Assembly: GCA_034366585.1 (NCBI GenBank)
Contig: JAXMMJ010000027.1
Span: forward strand, 19,091 to 83,090
DNA length: 64,000 nucleotides
Direction of reading: 5' to 3'
From: Hylemonella sp.
Lineage (GTDB): Bacteria > Pseudomonadota > Gammaproteobacteria > Burkholderiales > Burkholderiaceae_C
A model generated the notes under the pieces. The model was not told where the DNA came from, did not search any database, and worked only from the letters and a program-made list of their open reading frames with translations. Shown piece by piece: positions 55,155 through 64,000 of the stretch. The translations under genes and the position numbers were made by a program. How positions within the stretch are numbered: position 1 is the first letter of the stretch; every line of letters starts with the position of its first letter.

Positions 55155-56106
55155 ATTGCTCCTGCATCACTATCCGACGTCACCGTTTTCGGAAAAGATC
55201 CGCCTGATCCTGGGCTACAAGCAACTCGCATGGCGATCCGTGCGGGTGCCACGGGTCATGCCCAAGCCGGATGTGGTCGCACTGACCGGTGGCTACCGCA
55301 AGACGCCGTTCCTGCAGATCGGTTCGCACATCTATTGCGACACAGCCCTGATCTGTGATGTGCTGGAACACCTGCAGCCCGAACCCACGCTCTACCCCGC
55401 CCACCAGAAAGGCCTGGCACGCATCCTGGCGCAGTGGGCCGACGACAAGCTCTTCTGGGCCGCCATGGCCTGGAACTTCAGCCCGGCGGGTGCGGCCCAG
55501 ATGTTTGGCGGCGGCGCCCCCGAACAATGGGGGCCTGTGGCCAAGGCCTTCGGCGAGGACCGCAGCAAGATGCGGGTGGCCGTTCCCCGCAACCCGCCGG
55601 CCGACGCCGCGGCCGCCTACAAGAGCTACCTGCGCCGCCTCGCCTCGATGCTGGAGACCCAACCCTACCTGCTGGGTAACGCGCCCTGCATTGCCGACTT
55701 CGCCGCCTACCATCCGCTGTGGTTCACGCGAACGCAGACCAGCGTGATGGCCGGCATCCTGGCGGCGACACCGGCCGTGCTGGCCTGGATGGACCGCATG
55801 GCGGCCATCGGCCATGGTGGACCCGGCGCTGACATCGACGCCGAGGCGGCGATTGCGCTGTGCGCGGCCTCACCGGATCGGGGCGCCGTGCTCGCTGACC
55901 ACCCCTTCCAGGACGAGCACGGCATCCCCCTGGGCAGCCGCGTGAGCATCTTCAGCGACAGTTTCGGCCCGGAGCCCAGCACCGGCGAGCTGGTGGCTGC
56001 CACCCGCATGCATTACACGATCCGCCGCTTTGATGAGCGTGCGGGTGTGGTCCACGTCCATTTCCCCCGCATCGGCTATGTATTGAAAAAGGAAGAGACA
56101 ACATGA
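55147..56106 (+). CDS. Glutathione S-transferase-family protein with C-terminal extension
   Basis: GTG start overlapping the desaturase stop by 8 nt. LHHYPTSPFSEKIRLIL (thioredoxin-like N-domain). GST C-domain. Confidence 0.7.
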   Translation: MAELLLHHYPTSPFSEKIRLILGYKQLAWRSVRVPRVMPKPDVVALTGGYRKTPFLQIGSHIYCDTALICDVLEHLQPEPTLYPAHQKGLARILAQWADDKLFWAAMAWNFSPAGAAQMFGGGAPEQWGPVAKAFGEDRSKMRVAVPRNPPADAAAAYKSYLRRLASMLETQPYLLGNAPCIADFAAYHPLWFTRTQTSVMAGILAATPAVLAWMDRMAAIGHGGPGADIDAEAAIALCAASPDRGAVLADHPFQDEHGIPLGSRVSIFSDSFGPEPSTGELVAATRMHYTIRRFDERAGVVHVHFPRIGYVLKKEETT

Positions 56107-57014
56107 TCAAGGATTTCGCCGGCAAGACCGCTGTGCTGACCGGTGCCGGTTCCGGCTTCGGGCTGGAGTGCGCGCGCATCGGTGCCCGCCTGGGCATGAA
56201 ACTGGTGCTGGCCGACGTGCAGCAGGATGCGCTGGACCGTGCGGCTGCGGAGATGAAGGCCGCTGGCGCCGAGGTGCTGGCCCAGCAGGTCGACGTCTCT
56301 GATGCTGCGCAGATGGAGCATCTCGCGCGTCGCGTCCAGGAGCGCTTCGGTGCACCGCACCTCGTCTTCAACAACGCCGGCGTGGGCGCCGGCGGCCTGG
56401 TCTGGGAAAACACGGTGCAGGACTGGCAGTGGGTGCTGGGCGTCAACCTCTGGGGCGTGATCCACGGCGTGCGCCTGTTCACGCCCATGATGCTGGAGGC
56501 CGCACAGAAGGATTCGTCCTACCGCGGCCACATCGTGAACACCGCCAGCATGGCCGGCCTGCTGAATCCGCCGAACATGGGCGTCTACAACGTCAGCAAG
56601 CATGCGGTGGTCTCGCTCAGCGAGACCCTGTACCAGGACCTGGCCCTGGTGACGCAGCAGGTTCATGCGTCGGTGCTATGCCCGTTCTTTGTGCCCACGG
56701 GCATCCACCAGAGCGAACGCAACCGGCCCGGCGAACTGGCCATGGGCAAGCCCACACGCAGCCAGCTCATCGGCCAGGCCATGAGCGACAAGGCGGTGAG
56801 TTCAGGCAAGGTGACGGCAGCCGAGGTGGCGCAGAAGGTCTTCGACGCGGCAGCAGCAGGGCAGTTCTATATCTACAGCCATCCCAAGGCCATCGCCTCG
56901 GTGCAGACGCGGCTGGAGGACATCATGCAGGCGCGCAATCCGACCGATCCTTTTGCCCACAAGCCCGAGTTGGGCGAGGAGTTGCGCCAGGCGCTGCGCG
57001 CTGCGGCGGCCTGA
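56103..57014 (+). CDS. SDR-family oxidoreductase
   Basis: TGAGSGFG, NNAG, YNVSKHAV. ATGA overlap with the upstream gene. Confidence 0.9.
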   Translation: MIKDFAGKTAVLTGAGSGFGLECARIGARLGMKLVLADVQQDALDRAAAEMKAAGAEVLAQQVDVSDAAQMEHLARRVQERFGAPHLVFNNAGVGAGGLVWENTVQDWQWVLGVNLWGVIHGVRLFTPMMLEAAQKDSSYRGHIVNTASMAGLLNPPNMGVYNVSKHAVVSLSETLYQDLALVTQQVHASVLCPFFVPTGIHQSERNRPGELAMGKPTRSQLIGQAMSDKAVSSGKVTAAEVAQKVFDAAAAGQFYIYSHPKAIASVQTRLEDIMQARNPTDPFAHKPELGEELRQALRAAAA

Positions 57015-57030
57015 GCGCGCAGGGCCGAGG

Positions 57031-57175
57031 CTCCGAACTTGTGAAGAAATCGTAGCGAGCGGCCCGAGCGCAAGGCGGACGGAGCGCAGGAACCGGAACG
57101 TACTTCCTGTACGTGAGAATTCCGAGCACCGCCCAACGCGGCGATCGGGCCGCGCAGTAGATTTATTTGCAAGTT
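57031..57175 (-). repeat. 145-bp MITE/REP-like palindromic element, copy B (inverted relative to copy A)
   Basis: Reverse complement aligns end-to-end with 46142-46286 (about 134/145 identical by hand alignment), with the same TIRs and the same central ACGTAC-aggaa-GTACGT hairpin. Confidence 0.85.
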
Positions 57176-57176
57176 C

Positions 57177-60100
57177 TCAGTGGATCTTGGGGGGCGACTG
57201 CTTATCGTTGTCGATCAGCAGGTCAAGCTGGGCCAGCGGGTTGTTCTGCCGGTCCTGGGCTTCGACAAAGTGCAGCAGCTCGACGTTCTTGATGAAGCTG
57301 GCGGCCGAGCTGACCTCCAGGATCTTCTCTGGCGCCATGGGGCGCGCCACGGCATAACCCTGCACATAGTCGACACCGATTTCCGCCAGAGCCTGCACCG
57401 TGGCGGCATCCTCGGCCCATTCGGCGATGGTTTTCATGCCCAGGTTGCGCGCCAGGTTGACGATGGCCTCGACAATGGACACATTGGCCGGGTGCTGGTT
57501 CATGTTGACCACGAAGCTGCCATCGATCTTGAGCAGGTCGGCGGGCAACTCCTTGAGGTAGGAGAAGGACGTGTAGCCGGCCCCGAAATCATCCAGCGCC
57601 ACCCGCGCGCCGTAGCTGCGCACCTTGTCGATGAAACGACGCGTGTTCTTGAGGTCGTGCAGGGCGATGCTCTCGGTGATCTCGATGCACAGGAAGCTGG
57701 AGACGTGGCTGTTGCGGCGCAGGATGTCGAACACCTCCTGCATGAACTCCTCGTCATTGAGCGAGGCGCCGCTGAGGTTGATGCAGACGAACTGGGTGCG
57801 TAGCAGCTTGGCCCGATGCTGGTCCAGCCAGGCCAGGGTGGTGGACAACACCCAGTGGTCGATCTTGCTCATGCGTCCGCTGTCCTCGGCCGCGGCAATC
57901 ACGCGGCTGACCGGCACCAGATTCCCTGCGGTATCCCGCATGCGAAGCAGCACCTCGAAGTTGAGCGCATCGTTCGGTCGGGTCAGCGACATGATGGGCT
58001 GCATTTCAAGGAAGAGGCCGGCAATGGTCTCGCTTGCCGAGAGTTCACCGATCAGCCGGAGTTCAGCCTGGTGTTCCCGGAAGGCCGGGGAATCCTGTTC
58101 GTACACGACCAGCCCGCGGTACTGCCCGGTCTTGGCTTCGCGGCAGGCGCGGTCGGAGGTGGAGAGCACCTCCTTGAACTGCGTGCCGGGACTGACCTCG
58201 ATCAGGCCGATGGAGCCGCGCACATAAAAAGCCTTCTCGCCGACGCGGAAGGGTTTCTCGTCGATGCTGTCGATGATGCCGCGGCTGATGACTGTGGCCA
58301 GCGGCATGCGCGTGTCTGACAGCAGGATGACGAACTCGTCGCCGCCGACGCGCCCCAGACGCATCTGGCCTGCCAGCAGGCTGTTGACGCGATGGCAGAC
58401 CTGTCGCAGCACCTCGTCGCCGGCGTTGTGACCGTAGAGGTCGTTGATGAGCTTGAAGCGGTCCAGGTCCAGGTAGGCCAGGGCCAGGGGGTGTGCATCG
58501 TCGATGGCCGCCGCCGCTTCGTTGTAGGCCTTCTCGACACCGCGGCGGTTCAGCACCTTGGTCAACGCGTCGTTGTCGGCCAGGAAATTCAGCTCCTCGG
58601 CAGCGATGGACTTGTCGGTCACGTCCTGGAGCGAGCCTTCGATCTTGTCGCCGGCCAACGCCGCCTTGACCAGATAACGGCGCGGGGCCTCAAACCCGGT
58701 CACGTCCATCTGGCTGCGGATTTCGATGTCACCGTCGGGCTGGTTCTGCGCCAGGTCTAGCAGCGCGTTCCAGATGTCAGCGCCGAAATACTGTTGCCAC
58801 GTGTTGTGCGTGGTCTTGAAGGCCCGCGCCCCCAGCATCTTGCGCAAGGCCGGATTGATGCTGGTGAAACGACCCTGCAGATCCAGCGTGAACATGCCGA
58901 TGGGGATGGCGTCGTAGGTGTGCTGCAACTGAGCCTGGGCCGCGAGGCGTGCGCCGTGTTCCTGACGCATCTGGGCTGCAATCGCGAGCGAAGCCAGCAG
59001 GCTTGCTGCCAGGGCCGAGGTAACGCTATTGAAGACCTGGATCAGGCCGGTCACGCCATAGGCCGCCAACAAGATCTCAGATATGCCGGAGAGAAAGGTG
59101 ACCGTCAAGGAGGTCGCATACCAGATAGCGACATGCGAGCGCGTTTTGATGATGATTGAAATCAGGCTCAGGGTCATCAGCACGAGACCTGGACCTGCCA
59201 GGAACCAAACCGTAGGAATGAACTGGCTTCTCGGCAGGATGAAGGCCAGCGCAAGAAGCGGCAAACAGAGCCAGTGCGTGACCTTGATAGGGAGTTCTAG
59301 CTTGGTCCGGGCCAGTTCTTCACGAAACAAAGCACGGTACAAGCTGAGGGTGAACAAGGCATAGCAAGCCATCGTCAGAGAACGGCCCAACGACAGCCAA
59401 TCTGCCGGCACGGTGTACCCCAGCCATTGCGTATCCCATCCGCCCGAGGTCGAGCCGACCCTGAGGCCCAGAATCAGCCAGATACCGAAGATGAGATAGA
59501 TCTTTTCGCGATTGACCAGCGCCGTGAAAAGCACAAACAAGGACAGAACCACGATCCCGCCATCCAGTAGCCCGGACTTTCTATGAAACTCAAGGGCTGA
59601 CGCCGCGAGTTGGTCCTCAGACCACAAAAACGCAGTCAGACGGGCCGGCCCTACAAAATGGGCGCGGCAGATGATCTCGTTGGTCGTTCCGCCAAGCTTG
59701 AGCTGATATCCAGCCTTGATGGCGCTGATCTGACCATGAAGCGATTTGCCCGTAAGTCCACCCAGAACTTGCAAGGTGGCGGCATCCCAGCAGGTCATGT
59801 CTGTCACATGGCGCGAGGGAAGCTCTATGGTTTTGTCGAGAGGATGTCGATCCTTCAGGCTGAGGCCAAACCAGACGGGCTTTTCCGAAAGCTTGGACTC
59901 AAATTGACTTGAATCGGGCGTGTCGATCAGCTTGTCCCGTGCCTTGGTCAGGGACAAGGTGGCATCCGATTCCATGAATGCGCGCAAGCTGAGCTTCTGC
60001 TCGGGGTCGGCTGAGTAGTGCTCATCCCAAACAATCAAGGCCAGCAGGGACACCAGGCCAATGGCGATGGGCACCACATAGATGGCGATTCCAGAAAGTA

Positions 60101-60248
60101 ACCTCTCTGGAATCGCCTCGATTGTCCCTCGAAGGAATGCTCCGGATTGCTTCAAGTCTCGTCCCTCATCTGCGCAGTCGAATTTACTGCGCTGGACGTT
60201 GGAGTCTATCCTGAAGCGGGTGTAACCGGCATGAAAAACCAAAAACAA
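57177..60248 (-). CDS. Sensor diguanylate cyclase/phosphodiesterase: extracytoplasmic domain + 7 TM helices (7TMR-DISM-like) + PAS + GGDEF + EAL
   Basis: Leader TM, about 190-aa outside domain, then seven hydrophobic spans. PAS (IPIGMFTLDLQGRFTSINPA). GGDEF domain with intact RVGGDEFVILL. EAL domain (EITES, DDFGAGYTS, KIDGSFV). Start codon is uncertain. Confidence 0.85.
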   Translation of the reverse strand: MFLVFHAGYTRFRIDSNVQRSKFDCADEGRDLKQSGAFLRGTIEAIPERLLSGIAIYVVPIAIGLVSLLALIVWDEHYSADPEQKLSLRAFMESDATLSLTKARDKLIDTPDSSQFESKLSEKPVWFGLSLKDRHPLDKTIELPSRHVTDMTCWDAATLQVLGGLTGKSLHGQISAIKAGYQLKLGGTTNEIICRAHFVGPARLTAFLWSEDQLAASALEFHRKSGLLDGGIVVLSLFVLFTALVNREKIYLIFGIWLILGLRVGSTSGGWDTQWLGYTVPADWLSLGRSLTMACYALFTLSLYRALFREELARTKLELPIKVTHWLCLPLLALAFILPRSQFIPTVWFLAGPGLVLMTLSLISIIIKTRSHVAIWYATSLTVTFLSGISEILLAAYGVTGLIQVFNSVTSALAASLLASLAIAAQMRQEHGARLAAQAQLQHTYDAIPIGMFTLDLQGRFTSINPALRKMLGARAFKTTHNTWQQYFGADIWNALLDLAQNQPDGDIEIRSQMDVTGFEAPRRYLVKAALAGDKIEGSLQDVTDKSIAAEELNFLADNDALTKVLNRRGVEKAYNEAAAAIDDAHPLALAYLDLDRFKLINDLYGHNAGDEVLRQVCHRVNSLLAGQMRLGRVGGDEFVILLSDTRMPLATVISRGIIDSIDEKPFRVGEKAFYVRGSIGLIEVSPGTQFKEVLSTSDRACREAKTGQYRGLVVYEQDSPAFREHQAELRLIGELSASETIAGLFLEMQPIMSLTRPNDALNFEVLLRMRDTAGNLVPVSRVIAAAEDSGRMSKIDHWVLSTTLAWLDQHRAKLLRTQFVCINLSGASLNDEEFMQEVFDILRRNSHVSSFLCIEITESIALHDLKNTRRFIDKVRSYGARVALDDFGAGYTSFSYLKELPADLLKIDGSFVVNMNQHPANVSIVEAIVNLARNLGMKTIAEWAEDAATVQALAEIGVDYVQGYAVARPMAPEKILEVSSAASFIKNVELLHFVEAQDRQNNPLAQLDLLIDNDKQSPPKIH

Positions 60249-60330
60249 GCTTGCGCATGTTGTCAGTTTCCTGCAAGGAGGCCGCCAGTCCCACTGCTGG
60301 TACTTGAAGGCGCAGGACAGCGCCGCACGG

Positions 60331-61110
60331 CTATTGGACGCGTACCGCCTGTTGGGTCCGACTCTGATCGAAACTCAGCGATACGAGCTGGCCCTGGTCG
60401 TCAAAGACATCGATGTCCGGATGATAGGTATTGCAGAAAAAGTCCAACAGGGGATGTTGTGCGGCAGCCCAGCGTGACTTGCCAGATGCAATCTCAAAGC
60501 CCATCACGCGGTGCGGAACATTGTTCATATGGGGCAGCGGTGTGTACCCGGCGCCGGGGAAGATGTCCTCGAACATGAGTGCGGCGTACTGCCTGTCCAA
60601 CGGAGATCTGGCAGCGACAATGGCCCAGTCGATCCCGTTGTTTTCGCAATACTGAAAGCTGGCCTTGATAAGCATGGTCTTGACCAAGCGCCCTGAAAGC
60701 CCTTGCGCAACGCCCAGACGGCTAACGTGGGCCATGGTCTTTCCTTTGAGCCAGTCAGGAACTTCAATCGCTTGCTCCAGAGCGAGGGGGCGAAACCGAT
60801 TGGACTGGATACGGATGGTGCCGATAGGCGAACCATCGAGTTTCGACTCCGCCAGAAGCACTGCCGCAGCAACATCCAGATCCAGCGCTTCAGGTTCTTT
60901 CAGGGTCTCCGCGACCGAAGGCATATGTCGTGCATAGGCTGCATGACGAATATCAACCGCCTTCTTCAGGTCTTGCTCATTGCGCACAAGTCGTACCGTG
61001 AAGGGCAACCGTTCCTCGGCTCCACCTGCGGCAAGGGCACTCGTTGGTATAGTGGTCGAGTATCCGATGCGGTCCAGGGCATGGGGGTGCAGCGAGGTGG
61101 AAATGTTCAT
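60331..61110 (-). CDS. GNAT-fold N-acyltransferase of the LuxI/FeeM/OlsB-like (N-acyl amino acid synthase-like) type
   Basis: FTVRLVRNEQDLKKAVDIRHAAYARH...LLAESKLDGSPIGTIRIQ...AHVSRLGV...IDWAIVAARSPLDRQY follows the pattern of acyl-ACP/CoA-dependent N-acyl synthases. Assignment is by eye only. The 5' 459 codons of the track ORF are antisense to tex and are rejected. Confidence 0.55.
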   Translation of the reverse strand: MNISTSLHPHALDRIGYSTTIPTSALAAGGAEERLPFTVRLVRNEQDLKKAVDIRHAAYARHMPSVAETLKEPEALDLDVAAAVLLAESKLDGSPIGTIRIQSNRFRPLALEQAIEVPDWLKGKTMAHVSRLGVAQGLSGRLVKTMLIKASFQYCENNGIDWAIVAARSPLDRQYAALMFEDIFPGAGYTPLPHMNNVPHRVMGFEIASGKSRWAAAQHPLLDFFCNTYHPDIDVFDDQGQLVSLSFDQSRTQQAVRVQ

Positions 61111-61332
61111 GATGTGACCTTGATGTGATGACGTGAGCACTGCAGACGAATGCCTGCTTCCTCCTGGTGACGGCGTCAAGTTCATTATTTGCAAAAGGCA
61201 AAAATACTTGAGTCGGAATTTGCCTGATCCTCGTGTAGGAATTTCCCTGACAAATGCTGTTGCAGCTGTGGCACACTCGCTCACTTTGTTTCCCTTGACC
61301 GGCCGCCCTGGCCGGTGGTCTACCCAAGAGTC

Positions 61333-63663
<2,331 letters not shown>

Positions 63664-63800
63664 GCCTTGGGGCGGGAGGGCCGCGGGTGGCGTGGACCGG
63701 CTCACGCCCCTGTCGCCTGGGGGCCTCGTCACTCGACGTGGCGGGTGAGGGCAGGACATAATGGCGCCATGAGCCATAACGATGCCCGGAGACTGCAAGC

Positions 63801-64000
63801 ATGGAGTTGAATGCCCTGCTGGCGTCACCCATCGTGCTGCCCAGCATCCCCAAGGTCGTTGCGCTGCTGCTCAGCGAACTGGACCGTGAGGTCGCCGACC
63901 TGAAGAACATCACCCAGCTGATCAGTACCGACCCGGCCCTGACCACGCGTGTGCTGCAGACGGCCAACACCCCGCCGTTCCGGCTCTCGGGCAAGGTCAA
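63801..64000 (+). CDS. HDOD-domain signalling protein, N-terminal fragment (3' end outside the window)
   Basis: MELNALLASPIVLPSIPKVVALLLSELDREVADLKNITQLISTDPALTTRVLQTANTPPF matches the HDOD N-terminal pattern. The frame stays open to the window edge. Confidence 0.7.
   Translation, partial: MELNALLASPIVLPSIPKVVALLLSELDREVADLKNITQLISTDPALTTRVLQTANTPPFRLSGKV

Overview
Gene-dense, high-GC chromosomal segment (by eye mid/upper-60s % G+C). Gene content and the msrB-yciB-bolA-ppiC arrangement suggest a betaproteobacterium of the Burkholderiales/Comamonadaceae type; this is inference only. I support about 60 protein-coding genes, several hairpin terminators, two candidate operator palindromes and one repeat family. 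I recognised no rRNA, tRNA, CRISPR array, transposase, integrase or prophage genes. Most long ORFs in the supplied track are antisense shadow ORFs typical of high-GC DNA, and I rejected them. Main blocks: (1) housekeeping and miscellaneous genes at 0-20 kb (fadH, RIO-type kinase, exonuclease, yciH, asmA, split chrA pair, mgtC, ygiQ); (2) a 7.5-kb signalling island at 20.65-28.2 kb bounded by AT-rich spacers; (3) pobA/pobR plus envelope and redox genes at 28-39 kb; (4) an 18-kb acyl-CoA ligase / Liv-type ABC transporter / beta-oxidation supercluster at 39-57 kb; (5) a lower-GC patch at about 59-61.3 kb; (6) tex and a truncated HDOD gene. The signalling island holds HD-GYP, a histidine kinase (HK) with an HNOBA-like N-terminus and an HTH-REC regulator, convergent with a His-less pseudokinase, a CheY-like receiver and a multi-PAS kinase. 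The beta-oxidation part of the supercluster is bracketed by two inverted copies of a 145-bp MITE-like hairpin repeat. The lower-GC patch encodes a LuxI/FeeM-like GNAT N-acyltransferase directly upstream of a 7TM-sensor PAS-GGDEF-EAL protein. The items most worth follow-up are the H-NOX-less HNOBA-kinase/HD-GYP/HTH-REC module with its neighbouring pseudokinase operon, the candidate N-acyl synthase plus 7TM c-di-GMP receptor pair, and an alpha/beta-hydrolase-metacaspase fusion protein. All family assignments come from motif recognition by eye; no database search was run.
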